The notes: a model not told the origin generated them from the sequence alone. DNA of 64,000 nucleotides from Escherichia coli (GCF_016903815.1 NZ_CP069973.1), one strand, 5' to 3'. Shown: positions 48,280 to 58,293, numbered from the stretch's first letter. Numbers and translations are program-made.

Positions 48280-48768
48280 ATGTTGGATGTATTTACTCCA
48301 TTGTTGAAACTTTTTGCTAACGAGCCACTCGAAAGACTTATGTATACGATTATCATTTTTGGTCTCACTCTCTGGCTGATACCGAAAGAGTTTACTGTCG
48401 CATTCAATGCTTATACTGAAATACCTTGGCTCTTTCAGATTATCGTTTTTGCCTTTTCTTTCGTGGTCGCCATTTCCTTCTCAAGATTGCGAGCACATAT
48501 TCAAAAGCATTATTCATTACTACCAGAGCAACGAGTATTGCTTCGTTTATCTGAGAAAGAAATCGCTGTATTTAAAGATTTCCTTAAAACAGGAAATCTT
48601 ATTATCACTTCTCCTTGCCGTAACCCGGTTATGAAAAAATTAGAACGGAAGGGCATCATTCAACATCAGAGTGATAGCGCAAACTGTTCTTATTATCTCG
48701 TCACCGAAAAATACTCCCATTTTATGAAGTTATTCTGGAACAGCAGGAGTAGACGTTTTAATCGTTAG
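48280..48768 (+). CDS. sieB: Superinfection exclusion protein SieB
   Basis: 162 aa from MLDVFTPLLKLF, with TM helices. Confidence 0.8.
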   Translation: MLDVFTPLLKLFANEPLERLMYTIIIFGLTLWLIPKEFTVAFNAYTEIPWLFQIIVFAFSFVVAISFSRLRAHIQKHYSLLPEQRVLLRLSEKEIAVFKDFLKTGNLIITSPCRNPVMKKLERKGIIQHQSDSANCSYYLVTEKYSHFMKLFWNSRSRRFNR

Positions 48769-48920
48769 CTTACTGTGTGCTTCTCCAACCATCGGCGCGC
48801 ACCAGTTTCGGTTTTAAATGTTTTGCTTTTGGTATACGTCATGGCAGTGAACGTTCCATCCTGGTTGGGGAACACGCCGCACACCAGGGATTCGTTGTTG
48901 CCGAGGTCGATTTTTTGCAT
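48765..48920 (-). CDS. ydaF: Rac small protein YdaF (51 aa)
   Basis: MQKIDLGNNESLVCGVFPNQDGTFTAMTYTKSKTFKTETGARRWLEKHTVS. It overlaps the sieB 3' end in convergent orientation. Confidence 0.6.
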   Translation of the reverse strand: MQKIDLGNNESLVCGVFPNQDGTFTAMTYTKSKTFKTETGARRWLEKHTVS

Positions 48921-48930
48921 TTTGCGAATC

Positions 48931-49065
48931 TCACATCTTGTTGCTACGTATAGCGACTTCTGCCTGCCAGAGATCCCAGTCGTTGCTGCGTAAAGCCTGC
49001 ACAGCCTGGTTGTAAGTGATACCGCAACAATCCATCAAATACTGAACTACTTCGTAATGCACCAT
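48931..49065 (-). CDS. ydaG: Rac small protein YdaG (44 aa)
   Basis: MVHYEVVQYLMDCCGITYNQAVQALRSNDWDLWQAEVAIRSNKM. Confidence 0.6.
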   Translation of the reverse strand: MVHYEVVQYLMDCCGITYNQAVQALRSNDWDLWQAEVAIRSNKM

Positions 49066-49352
49066 CTTATCTATCCCCTTAACGCCGGGTGGCGGAACTA
49101 ACTGCTGCACTGCAAAATTTGAATCCCGCCGTCATGTTCATACGCCTCGGGCTGGCTACTTAACCCCTGACCACTGCCTGGTAACTCGAAGTATTGCCCG
49201 GCGTTCTGTGGGGCGGGGTGGGTTGGTAGGTATATAATGTACTTTGTGTTCATCATTGTAAAGTACTTTAAGTACATTTTATGTATAAAAAAATGAGACG
49301 GGATAAAGTGAAGCACAAACCCGGAGGGGGACGCTACCGGATTTATGCTGGT

Positions 49353-49772
49353 TTAAGAGGCTTTTTGTTTTTTCTTTCGTGCTAACTCTTCGTAAATTGC
49401 ATTGTACTTCTGTTTTTTCTCCTCAAGAGTTTTTAAAAGTTCATCTGTCTCACTGTCAGGGAGCTCGTCCAGAAGGTCAATGATGATTTTTTGTCTTGGA
49501 TTTAACTCCTGATAGAAACGTATCTGTCCACTTTCTTCTGTATCCTCTCCCAAAAGATAGGTTGGTGTTGTTCCAATGAGTGTTGCTAATTCCCTTAATT
49601 TCTCTCGGCGAGGAATTGTTTCACCATTAAACCATTTGCTAACCGCTTTTGGTGTTAATTTCATTCGACGGGCAATTTCTGCCTGCCTTCCATGTTGTTC
49701 ATAACCAGCGTTTTCACAGGCTAGCGCAAGCCTACTGGCGAACTCTTTACGCGCTTTATCTTCATGAACCAT
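49353..49772 (-). CDS. racR: Prophage CI-like repressor (XRE HTH)
   Basis: 139 aa with an N-terminal HTH (FASRLALACENAGYEQHGRQAEIARRMKLTPKAVSKW), divergent from the cro-like ydaS. Confidence 0.7.
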   Translation of the reverse strand: MVHEDKARKEFASRLALACENAGYEQHGRQAEIARRMKLTPKAVSKWFNGETIPRREKLRELATLIGTTPTYLLGEDTEESGQIRFYQELNPRQKIIIDLLDELPDSETDELLKTLEEKKQKYNAIYEELARKKKQKAS

Positions 49773-49851
49773 AAGTTCAATGATATTCGCTCTTGAATGT
49801 ACTGTCAGTTCTGTTATAGCATGTACTCAAAGTTCACATTGTGAGGGTGAT

Positions 49852-50106
49852 ATGAACCAGAAAACACTTGAAGATGTAATCAAAACTGTTCGCGTTTCTG
49901 TTGTGGCCGACGTTTGTGGTGTCAGCCAAAGAGCAATCTACAAATGGATGGATAACGGAAAATTGCCTCGCACAGAATATACCGGCGAAACAAATTACGC
50001 TGAAAAAATCGCTCATGCATCAAACGGATTATTTTCTGCCGATGCAATTTTAACTATTGGCAGAAATAAAACTACTACGAAAAAGCTGATGGGAGTTGAT
50101 TCATGA
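49852..50106 (+). CDS. ydaS: Cro-like HTH protein YdaS
   Basis: GAGGG RBS then ATG(MNQKTLEDVIK). HTH motif VADVCGVSQRAIYKW. Confidence 0.75.
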   Translation: MNQKTLEDVIKTVRVSVVADVCGVSQRAIYKWMDNGKLPRTEYTGETNYAEKIAHASNGLFSADAILTIGRNKTTTKKLMGVDS

Positions 50107-50525
50107 AAATCAAGCATGAGCACATCGAATCAGTGTTGTTAGCCCTGGCAGCCGAAAAAGGGCAGGCGTGGGTCGCTAACGCAATTACTGAAGAATATCT
50201 GCGCCAGGGGGGCGGCGAATTGCCCCTGGTACCAGGCAAGGACTGGAACAATCAGCAGAATATCTATCATCGTTGGTTGAAAGGTGAAACGAATGCGCAA
50301 AGGGAAAAAATTCAGAAACTGATCCCTGCGGTTCTGGCAATTCTTCCTCGCGAGCTGCGTCACCGACTCTGCATCTTCGATACCCTGGAACGCCGTGCAT
50401 TACTGGCGGCACAGGATGCACTGAGTACGGCAATTGATGCGCATGATGATGCAGTCCAGGCCGTTTACCGTAAAGCACATTTCAGCGGCGGCGGTTCTCC
50501 TAGCGATTCTGTCGTAGTGCATTGA
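50103..50525 (+). CDS. ydaT: Rac prophage protein YdaT
   Basis: 140 aa with a 4-bp overlap onto ydaS. Confidence 0.75.
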   Translation: MKIKHEHIESVLLALAAEKGQAWVANAITEEYLRQGGGELPLVPGKDWNNQQNIYHRWLKGETNAQREKIQKLIPAVLAILPRELRHRLCIFDTLERRALLAAQDALSTAIDAHDDAVQAVYRKAHFSGGGSPSDSVVVH

Positions 50526-50602
50526 TTGAAATTAATCGTACCGAACTGTTTTGTTCGGTATCAGTTAAATGTAACGCTGCGAGCGTTACAAGGTGAAAAC
50601 AA

Positions 50603-51391
50603 ATGGCTTCAAACTGGATAAAGCTCGAAGTTATTACGCCGGATAAGCCGGAAATATTCAGGCTTGCTGAGATTCTGAATATTGATCCAGATGCCGCATT
50701 AGGGAAAGTCATTCGCTTCTGGGCATGGGCGGATCAACAAATGATAGACGGTAACGCAGAGTGTAACGCTCGCGGCGTTACAAAAAGTGCAATAGATCGC
50801 ATCACTTTTATGGCTGGTTTTGCTGATGCGTTAATTCAGGTTGGATGGCTGGTCGAAACTAATGGTGTGTTGTCGCTTCCTAACTTTGAGCGCCATAACG
50901 GGAAAAGCTCTAAAAAACGGGCGGTTACAAACGAGAGAGTAACAAAAATACGAGAACTGAAACGAAAAGGTAACGCTGCCAGCGTTACAAAAACGGATCA
51001 AAAAGCGTTACCAGAGGAAGAGAAAGAGGAAGATATAAATACTTATCTCCCCCTAAATCCCCCTCGCCAAAAACGAGCGTCTAAAAAATTCGAACCGGAG
51101 GCTATCGAGCTGCCTGACTGGTTGCCGGAAACACTCTGGCATGAGTGGGTTCAGTTCAGGCAGGCATTGCGAAAACCGATTCGAACGGAGCAGGGCGCTA
51201 ACGGGGCGATACGGGAGCTGGAAAAATTCCGCCAGCAGGGTTTTTCACCTGAGCAGGTGATTCGACACAGCATCGCCAACGAATACCAGGGCTTGTTCGC
51301 GCCGAAAGGTGTTCGACCTGAGACGTTACTCCGACAGGTTAACACCGTCTCGTTACCGGATAGTGCGATCCCGCCAGGCTTCAGGGGGTAA
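50603..51391 (+). CDS. ydaU: Replication-initiation-like protein YdaU (DUF1376)
   Basis: 262 aa, upstream of the DnaC-like ydaV. Confidence 0.7.
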   Translation: MASNWIKLEVITPDKPEIFRLAEILNIDPDAALGKVIRFWAWADQQMIDGNAECNARGVTKSAIDRITFMAGFADALIQVGWLVETNGVLSLPNFERHNGKSSKKRAVTNERVTKIRELKRKGNAASVTKTDQKALPEEEKEEDINTYLPLNPPRQKRASKKFEPEAIELPDWLPETLWHEWVQFRQALRKPIRTEQGANGAIRELEKFRQQGFSPEQVIRHSIANEYQGLFAPKGVRPETLLRQVNTVSLPDSAIPPGFRG

Positions 51392-51397
51392 CTGACC

Positions 51398-52144
51398 ATG
51401 AAAAATATTGCGACAGGCGACGTTCTTGAACGTATCCGCAGACTGGCCCCGTCACATGTAACCGCGCCATTCAAGACGGTAGCGGAGTGGCGCGAGTGGC
51501 AACTTTCCGAAGGCCAGAAACGTTGTGAGGAGATCAACCGTCAGAATCGTCAGTTGCGGGTGGAAAAAATTCTGAATCACTCTGGCATCCAGCCATTGCA
51601 CCGCAAATGCTCGTTTTCGAATTACCAGGTGCAGAACGAAGGGCAGCGATACGCGTTGAGTCAGGCGAAATCCATCGCTGATGAACTGATGACCGGGTGT
51701 ACAAATTTTGCGTTCAGCGGAAAACCTGGTACCGGGAAGAACCACTTAGCGGCAGCTATCGGGAATCGCCTGCTGAAAGACGGTCAGACAGTGATTGTGG
51801 TTACCGTGGCTGATGTTATGAGTGCCCTGCACGCCAGCTATGACGACGGGCAGTCAGGCGAAAAATTTTTGCGGGAACTGTGCGAAGTGGATCTGCTGGT
51901 TCTTGATGAAATTGGCATTCAGCGCGAGACGAAAAACGAGCAGGTGGTACTGCACCAGATTGTTGATCGCCGGACAGCGTCGATGCGCAGCGTGGGGATG
52001 CTGACAAACCTGAACTATGAGGCCATGAAAACATTGCTTGGCGAGCGGATTATGGATCGCATGACCATGAACGGCGGGCGATGGGTGAATTTCAACTGGG
52101 AGAGCTGGCGTCCGAATGTCGTCCAGCCAGGAATTGCGAAGTAA
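51398..52144 (+). CDS. ydaV: DnaC/IstB-like helicase-loader ATPase
   Basis: Walker [16 protein letters not shown] and Walker B LLVLDEIG. Confidence 0.85.
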   Translation: MKNIATGDVLERIRRLAPSHVTAPFKTVAEWREWQLSEGQKRCEEINRQNRQLRVEKILNHSGIQPLHRKCSFSNYQVQNEGQRYALSQAKSIADELMTGCTNFAFSGKPGTGKNHLAAAIGNRLLKDGQTVIVVTVADVMSALHASYDDGQSGEKFLRELCEVDLLVLDEIGIQRETKNEQVVLHQIVDRRTASMRSVGMLTNLNYEAMKTLLGERIMDRMTMNGGRWVNFNWESWRPNVVQPGIAK

Positions 52145-52166
52145 TTTTTACCGGGAGAAAAATTTA

Positions 52167-52928
52167 ATGGAGACTGTTTTTGACGTACTGAAAGCAATGG
52201 GAAAAGCCACATCCATAGAACTTGCTGCGCGACTTGATATCAGTCGTGAAGAAGTGCTGAACGAACTATGGGAACTGAAAAAGGCTGGTTTCGTTGATAA
52301 AAGCGCGTACACCTGGCGTGTGGCTGATAACAACGTTCAGCAGGAACAGCCAGCGCCGGCAGAACTGCCGGAAGAAACTACCACGGCAACAGTCGCGAAA
52401 ATTTCAGAGAGCGATTTAACTGCGACGATTGAACAACGTGGACCACAAACGGCGGATGAGCTGGCTACATTGTTTGGTACCACATCACGCAAAGTGGCTT
52501 CAACGCTGGCAATGGCAATCAGCAAAGGTCGTCTGCTTCGCGTAAATCAGGGCGGTAAATTTCGTTACTGCATACCGGGCGATAATTTACCAGCAGAGCC
52601 GAAAGCAGCATCGGTAGCGGAAACTGCTGGTAAGGCCTTTCCTCAGCCCGCAGGTGTTGCGTTACCAGTACAGGAGGCTGCAACACAGGAAGATATTAAA
52701 ACAGAAACTGTGGCGGACATTGTGCAGTCGCTGCCATCGTTTACTGAAACGCGAGCGGATGACCTGGTTTTACCATCACTGCATATGGCAAACCGCGAAC
52801 TGCGTCGGGCGAAAAATCATGTCCAGAAGTGGGAGCGTGTCTGCGCCGCGCTGCGGGAGCTGAACAAGCACAGGGATATTGTACGACAGATTACTGATTC
52901 TTCCCGCCATGTTGCATCGGAAAAGTGA
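52167..52928 (+). CDS. ydaW: Winged-helix prophage protein (intact YdaW-like)
   Basis: ATG at 52167 ([13 protein letters not shown]) with a GGGAGA RBS. The longer 52116 ORF overlaps ydaV. Confidence 0.6.
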   Translation: METVFDVLKAMGKATSIELAARLDISREEVLNELWELKKAGFVDKSAYTWRVADNNVQQEQPAPAELPEETTTATVAKISESDLTATIEQRGPQTADELATLFGTTSRKVASTLAMAISKGRLLRVNQGGKFRYCIPGDNLPAEPKAASVAETAGKAFPQPAGVALPVQEAATQEDIKTETVADIVQSLPSFTETRADDLVLPSLHMANRELRRAKNHVQKWERVCAALRELNKHRDIVRQITDSSRHVASEK

Positions 52929-52943
52929 TTGCCGGAGGCACCT

Positions 52944-53366
52944 ATGGCAAAAGTATTTACACCAGAAGAGCGGGAAAAAATTAAAGGGCAGGTTGTTGAA
53001 CTTGTACGTCTGAGCGGTCGCGAGACGTTACGGGCTCTGGAGGCTAAAACCGGTGCATCAAGGTATTACATAAGCACTCTCGCCAGAGAACTGGTCGCCA
53101 GTGGTGATGTTTACAATTCAGGCTACGGATTATTCCCGTCTGAGCAGGCGCGTAAAGACTGGCAAAACGCCCGCAAAAAACTATCGAGGGCAAAGGTGAA
53201 GAAACCTGCTGTAGTTGATCCGGACCTTATCTGGTCATTACCAGACGGAGAAATACGCCGCTATGACAGGCGTCTGAATATAATCTGTCGCGAGTGCCGG
53301 AAGAGCGAAGTCATGCAGCGTGTACTGGCGTTCTATCAGGGTAATTTTCAGGATGTGCTGTTGTGA
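52944..53366 (+). CDS. Hypothetical prophage protein
   Basis: GGAGG RBS then ATG(MAKVFTPEEREK), 140 aa. Confidence 0.55.
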   Translation: MAKVFTPEEREKIKGQVVELVRLSGRETLRALEAKTGASRYYISTLARELVASGDVYNSGYGLFPSEQARKDWQNARKKLSRAKVKKPAVVDPDLIWSLPDGEIRRYDRRLNIICRECRKSEVMQRVLAFYQGNFQDVLL

Positions 53367-53527
53367 GCCAAATTAACAATCAGGGAACTGCGTGAACTGA
53401 AAGAGAAATCATAATCCAAATCTGAATAATTAAATTTAGCACTGTAAATAAAATTTAATCCTTAACCGGAGGGGGGGGCTGCACCCTCAAAATATTAGGA
53501 GGCGGCCCGAAAGGGCGGTAATGAAAA

Positions 53528-54031
53528 ATGACTGAATTAACCAAAAAGCAATTAATCGAAGAAGCTAAATTAAAAATAGCGATTGAGAAATGCCACCCCA
53601 ATTCAGGGATGGCACGGGTAGAGGGCGAATTATTCAAAATTGCTCTGGCATCGCTGGAAGCAGAGCCAGTTGGTGATTTTTATGAATACAAACCGGATGA
53701 CTGGTATCAGCGTTCGGCTGGAGATAAAGCGCCAAAATGGACGCCACCCTATGCCGTTTTTCCAGCGCCCGTAGTGCCGGAAGAAATGGATTTGCTTACA
53801 TGCCATCTCGATGGTGTAACTGAAACATATGCTGAGGGATGGAACGCTTGCCGCGCTGCCCTGCTTCAGGGCAAAGGGGAGCCCGGGAAACAAGTTCGCG
53901 AATTGACAATGCTGGTTAAACAATTGGTTAGTCAACTGAAGAAACCGAAACCGGGCTGCAAATTGCCGGATAAAGTGATGGACTACCTGGAGCGAAGCGG
54001 ACTTATAAGCGTGGAGGATGTTTTACGATGA
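53528..54031 (+). CDS. Hypothetical prophage protein
   Basis: 167-aa ORF (MTELTKKQLIEEAK...). Confidence 0.6.
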   Translation: MTELTKKQLIEEAKLKIAIEKCHPNSGMARVEGELFKIALASLEAEPVGDFYEYKPDDWYQRSAGDKAPKWTPPYAVFPAPVVPEEMDLLTCHLDGVTETYAEGWNACRAALLQGKGEPGKQVRELTMLVKQLVSQLKKPKPGCKLPDKVMDYLERSGLISVEDVLR

Positions 54032-54111
54032 CCTGGCCTGAAGCATTCACAACGGTAGGAATTGCGATGGCGGTGGCGCTGGTGGTGTATTCGATTTGCC
54101 GCTGGGGTTGA
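54028..54111 (+). CDS. 27-aa single-TM microprotein, translationally coupled (ATGA overlap)
   Basis: GGAGG RBS then MTWPEAFTTVGIAMAVALVVYSICRWG. Confidence 0.45.
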   Translation: MTWPEAFTTVGIAMAVALVVYSICRWG

Positions 54112-54151
54112 TAATACTAAATAACCAGCCCTTATGGGGCTGGCTAATCAT

Positions 54152-54925
54152 TTAGAACTGTTCATTGCCATCGAGGTTAGGTAGCATAATTTTTTCAATC
54201 AAGGCGAGAGCCTTTTTGTCCCGGTCAGCGAAGTATTTCGGGGCATATTGCGGCAACCAAATATTGTTAAAATGTTCTTTGAAATCTGCTAAATATTCAT
54301 TTGGGTACAGCCTTGCAGGGTATACGCGACCATCGGGATATTCATGGTCATAGGTAGGGAATGTTTTGGGTTCTACGTTTCTATTATCTCTTAACCATTG
54401 TGAAAATACTCTTCCTTGTGAAATGTCAGGAACCATTTTTTCTGGGAGTGTGTACCCTGCTTGTTCAAGAGGTGCAACCAAGTTGAATGTCAGTTCATTA
54501 AGAATAGAAAAGTGCGTGTGAGGAATTCTACTACGATTAACCATGTACCGTTTTAAATGTACAGGCATTTCTGCTGTAGTTCTTTCCCCTGACATCCATT
54601 CACGAACCCATCTTGAAACCTGGACTGCAAATTTGGGCGATAGCCACTGCGCTAGATTAATAGCGATGTCAGGATGCACCCATGTCCCTTGGTTTTCAGG
54701 TCTTCCACCTTTAAATGATTGAATTAACTCCGATATGGGAATTCCCATATCGCGTGATAATTCGTCAAAAAACTCTTGAGTAGTTTTGAGTCTAGTGTAA
54801 TCAGAGAGCAGTTTGCCCGCAGTTCTACACATTGATGTGGCGTTTATGTAACCATCTTTGGCACGTAAATGTATTATTTCGCCGTCAATTTCACGAGAAA
54901 TCAAAGATAATTGAAAGGATGTCAT
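54152..54925 (-). CDS. KilA-N domain protein (antirepressor-like)
   Basis: N-terminal KilA-N/APSES-type region (EIDGEIIHLRAKDGYINATSMCRTAGK), 257 aa. Confidence 0.7.
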   Translation of the reverse strand: MTSFQLSLISREIDGEIIHLRAKDGYINATSMCRTAGKLLSDYTRLKTTQEFFDELSRDMGIPISELIQSFKGGRPENQGTWVHPDIAINLAQWLSPKFAVQVSRWVREWMSGERTTAEMPVHLKRYMVNRSRIPHTHFSILNELTFNLVAPLEQAGYTLPEKMVPDISQGRVFSQWLRDNRNVEPKTFPTYDHEYPDGRVYPARLYPNEYLADFKEHFNNIWLPQYAPKYFADRDKKALALIEKIMLPNLDGNEQF

Positions 54926-55391
54926 TGAAAATTCCTCAAGTTGGAGAGTTCTGGAACATTAAGGCGAGGTGGCAGTAATGCACCATCTGTAATCTTTTGA
55001 TACTGACGTAATCGGGCCTGATGTGCAACGCCTTGCAAGTATGTAACTCATTGAAAACGATCATTTTTATCTATTGACATCAAATGGCAAACTGTCATTG
55101 TGCGGCTATGGCAAGTGGCAAATGCTTATAAATCATATGGATATAAATAGTACAGAAAGAGTTGTTTTCTCTAGGATATGAGTATACGCCCAATGCTGAT
55201 TGGTTGAATTTTGTTCTTGTTTTAAAGGGTAAGAGTTTAAAGTGTTGGCAGTGATGTATTGGATAGTTAGAATTGCTGTGGGTGCTTGAGGCTATCTGCC
55301 TCGGGCATGAACACCAAAGGTAGATAGAGAAAAGCCCCAGTTAACATTACGCGTCCTGCAAGACGTTTAACATTAATCTGAGGCCATATCT

Positions 55392-55579
55392 ATGCGACAC
55401 ATAGAGATTAGCCTCTTACGGACCGAAAGGTCAAGGAGAAGCAGGCTATGAAGCAGCAAAAGGCGATGTTAATCGCCCTGATCGTCATCTGTTTAACCGT
55501 CATAGTGACGGCACTGGTAACGAGGAAAGACCTCTGCGAGGTACGAATCCGAACTGGCAGACGGAGGCTCTGATTCGTA
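55392..55579 (+). pseudogene. hok/mok-like type I toxin locus with a divergent, truncated Hok C-terminus
   Basis: Hok ATG at 55448 gives MKQQKAMLIALIVICLTVIVTALVTRKDLCEVRIRTG-RRRL-stop (43 aa). The first 38 aa look HokD/HokC-like. The conserved QTEVAVFTAYE tail is missing. A 19-codon mok-like ORF (55392..55451) ends in a TGA overlapping the hok ATG. Confidence 0.6.
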
Positions 55580-55655
55580 GACTACTAATCTGAGTAAAAG
55601 ACCCAGCGGGGAAAGAACCACGCCGGGACTAGTTAATAAGATATTTATAGCGTGG

Positions 55656-55997
55656 CTATTCTTTTTTTGCGGTATAGACTTTTTCGCCTGAGAAGTCTGG
55701 AGCTACCCAAAAGTTAATATTAAACTGAGCATCATCGCTTAGTTCAACACGGTGCCAGTATTGTGGTGGGCTTGTTGCAAAAGCGCCAGCATTAATGACT
55801 ACTTTTATCTCCGGTTCAGTAGCATTCTCATCAGCAAAACCATAATATGTTACAGTACCTTCCATCACGCATAACTGTCCAAAAACACCTGCTGCTGTAT
55901 TATGATGTGTTAATAACGCTGAAGGTACGTTCTCTTTTGTGAAGAACGGAGTTGAGCGTTTGATTACCCAGTCTTTAGGAATTCTCTTGTGTGTCAT
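55656..55997 (-). CDS. YeaR-like DUF1971 cupin protein (tellurite-resistance TehB-associated domain)
   Basis: GGGAGG RBS before ATG(MTHKRIPKD). The pattern RSTPFF..H.T..GV.G.L.VM.G.V.Y.G.ADE..EP...V.I.AG.FA..PP..WH..E...D..FNI.F.VAP matches the yeaR family. Confidence 0.65.
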   Translation of the reverse strand: MTHKRIPKDWVIKRSTPFFTKENVPSALLTHHNTAAGVFGQLCVMEGTVTYYGFADENATEPEIKVVINAGAFATSPPQYWHRVELSDDAQFNINFWVAPDFSGEKVYTAKKE

Positions 55998-56864
55998 AAC
56001 CACCTCCCATAAAACATGCATTATAAATGCACCTTTTTGAGGGTTATGTCAAGCTGTTATGAAACACATAATTGATATGTTGATTAGAGGAGAAGATAGA
56101 ATCAATATGGTTGTTTTTCGTATAACTATTTGTTTTACTTTTAGTTTGTGCATTCTGTGTGTTAGGAATAACTTATTAAAGTTTAACTAAAAAATCTCGA
56201 TATAGTCCGCATAGATTACTGTTACTGAATCTTATTGTGTGCATTAGTTGTGTTCTGAAATTTCAATTTAATTACTTATGATATATTTTTAACGATAAAT
56301 GTTTTCCGGGTTAAAGACAGTGGGGGATGAGATAAGCAATATATCATTAATCTTGATTATTTCCAGGATGCCTTTACTGTGCATATAAATAAATCATATA
56401 CGCATCAAATAATGTAAAGGCATCCTTTTAGATATATCTTATCAAATGTTAATGATTTGAGTGGGAAACATGATTCCAGAAACTAATCATGCGGCTACTT
56501 TATAAAAATAATGCCCATATAAAACAGCCAGCGAAAAGGATTACGGATAAAAAAGGAGCGAGATGTGCATAGTTGTTATTTTCCATGTTTAACCACCTTA
56601 AATAATTGATGATGACGGGATGTGCATCTGTAATGCTTTTGTTGAAATGTTATGATAAAAAAGAACTTTTTCATAACATTAAAATGTAATTTATCTAATC
56701 GTTTTTAATAATAAGTGTTGTATTTCTATCCTTGTATCAGCTATTTGATATGTAGTGTTTGTTCATGTTATGTGGAGCTTTACACCATAGCCAGTTTATT
56801 TATACTTTATTCGTCAGCCTGAACAACTGGCATCTGCTGCACTGCGCCATCGAGAGATTGAGAA

Positions 56865-57464
56865 ATGGCGCATATACAACTGGTCAAACAAACCTCTTCT
56901 GGACTACTTCTCCCGGCGACGCCGGAGAGTTGCGATTTTTTGCATCAAATCAAAATAGGCGAGTGGATACACGCAGACTTTAAGCGTGTGCGTAACTACG
57001 CATTCCACAAGCGTTTTTTCAAACTCCTGCAACTGGGATTCGATTACTGGACTCCGGTCGGTGGGGCGATCACGCCTCGCGAACGAAAGCTGGTTTCAGG
57101 ATTCGTTGATTACCTATGTGAATCAGTAGGCCGGGAACATACGCCAGCTCTGAGCGAAGCCGCAGAGCAATATCTGAATACAGTTGCGACACGCAGAACC
57201 CGGGATACGGCATTGCTAAAGTCGTTTGAGGCTTTCCGCGAGTGGGTAACCATTCAGGCCGGATTTTACACCGAGCATCTTTATCCTGATGGTAGCCATG
57301 GGCGTCGGGCGAAATCCATCGCTTTTGCGAATATGGACGAAACCGAGTTTCAGCAGGTTTATAAATCTGTTCTGAATGTGCTGTGGAACTGGATTCTGTT
57401 CCGTAAATTTTCCTCTCCGGAACAAGTCGAAAATGTGACCGCGCAGCTGCTGGAGTTTGCGTAA
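56865..57464 (+). CDS. Lambdoid nin-region protein (DUF1367/YbcN-like), hypothetical
   Basis: 199 aa, translationally coupled (TAATG) to the YbcO-like gene. Confidence 0.55.
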   Translation: MAHIQLVKQTSSGLLLPATPESCDFLHQIKIGEWIHADFKRVRNYAFHKRFFKLLQLGFDYWTPVGGAITPRERKLVSGFVDYLCESVGREHTPALSEAAEQYLNTVATRRTRDTALLKSFEAFREWVTIQAGFYTEHLYPDGSHGRRAKSIAFANMDETEFQQVYKSVLNVLWNWILFRKFSSPEQVENVTAQLLEFA

Positions 57465-57754
57465 TGGTGGATTTACGTAAAGCGGCGCGGGGGCAGATGT
57501 GCACCGTCAGAATTCCTGGCTACTGCAATCACGATCCGGAAACGTCTGTGCTGGCGCATTACCGACTGGCGGGAACGTGCGGAACAGCGACAAAACCACA
57601 CGATATGCAGGCGGCGATTGCCTGTAGCTCATGCCACGATCTAATCGACGGGCGGGTAAAAACCAGCGATTACACCAAAGAAGAATTACGCCTGATGCAT
57701 GCAGAAGGTGTTTTTCGCACACAAGAAATCTGGAGAAAGGAGGGATATTTGTGA
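57464..57754 (+). CDS. YbcO-like DUF1364 protein (putative Zn-binding nuclease)
   Basis: MVDLRKAARGQMCTVRIPGYCN...IACSSCHD resembles the DLP12 YbcO pattern. Confidence 0.7.
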   Translation: MVDLRKAARGQMCTVRIPGYCNHDPETSVLAHYRLAGTCGTATKPHDMQAAIACSSCHDLIDGRVKTSDYTKEELRLMHAEGVFRTQEIWRKEGYL

Positions 57755-58293
57755 TTTACCCAACGAATACAGGAAAAAGCGGAGAACACCTTCGTCTCGC
57801 CACGCTGGAAAGTGTCTGGATTCAGGGCAAACTGCGTATGTGGGGGCGCTGGTCGTATATTGGCGGTGGCAGGTCAGGAAATATGTTCAATCAGTTGTTG
57901 GCATCCAAAAAATTGACGAAAACAGCCATCAATGAAGCCCTGCGCAGAATGAAAAAAGCGGGAATAGAGAAAGCTGAGCTGGAAGCGTTTTTGCGAGAGA
58001 TGATCAACGGCAAGCAAAAGAGCTGGCTGGCGCATTGTACTGATGCAGAGGCGTTATGTATTGATCGAGTCATAAGTGAGGTGCTGGCAGAGCATCCTGG
58101 ATTGATTAGTGTCCTCCGGCAACGGTATGAAGGACGGGGGATGACTAAGCGCAAAATGGCTGAATTGCTAAATGATGCACATCCTGAGTGGTGTTTTAGC
58201 ACATGCGAAAAGCGAATTGCTAATTGGTTGGCTGTTGCTGAGTATGCCCTATATATTCCCATGCGAGAATCATTTGCTCAAAAAATAGCTTGA
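57751..58293 (+). CDS. Putative late-gene antiterminator Q-like protein
   Basis: GGAGGG RBS then a GTG overlapping the upstream stop (GTGA). It is the last gene before the terminator and the lysis cassette. The family assignment rests on position and weak motif memory. Confidence 0.5.
   Translation: MIYPTNTGKSGEHLRLATLESVWIQGKLRMWGRWSYIGGGRSGNMFNQLLASKKLTKTAINEALRRMKKAGIEKAELEAFLREMINGKQKSWLAHCTDAEALCIDRVISEVLAEHPGLISVLRQRYEGRGMTKRKMAELLNDAHPEWCFSTCEKRIANWLAVAEYALYIPMRESFAQKIA

Noticed and set aside
48775-48993. 72-aa plus-strand ORF after sieB.
   Set aside because: The region is occupied by minus-strand ydaF and ydaG, which have coherent 51-aa and 44-aa products. The plus-strand frame has no RBS.
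55074-55130. Three TGGCAA repeats with TTGACA and TATAAAT elements, considered as a sigma54 promoter or iterons.
   Set aside because: The GG-N10-GC spacing of sigma54 promoters is not satisfied. There are too few repeats, and they are too short, to call operators. It is probably just the KilA-N and hok-region promoter area.
57631-57750. Longer ATG-initiated version of the Q-like ORF (MPRSNRRAGK...).
   Set aside because: It would overlap the YbcO-like gene by about 120 bp in another frame. The GTG at 57751 has a GGAGGG RBS and the typical stop-start coupling.
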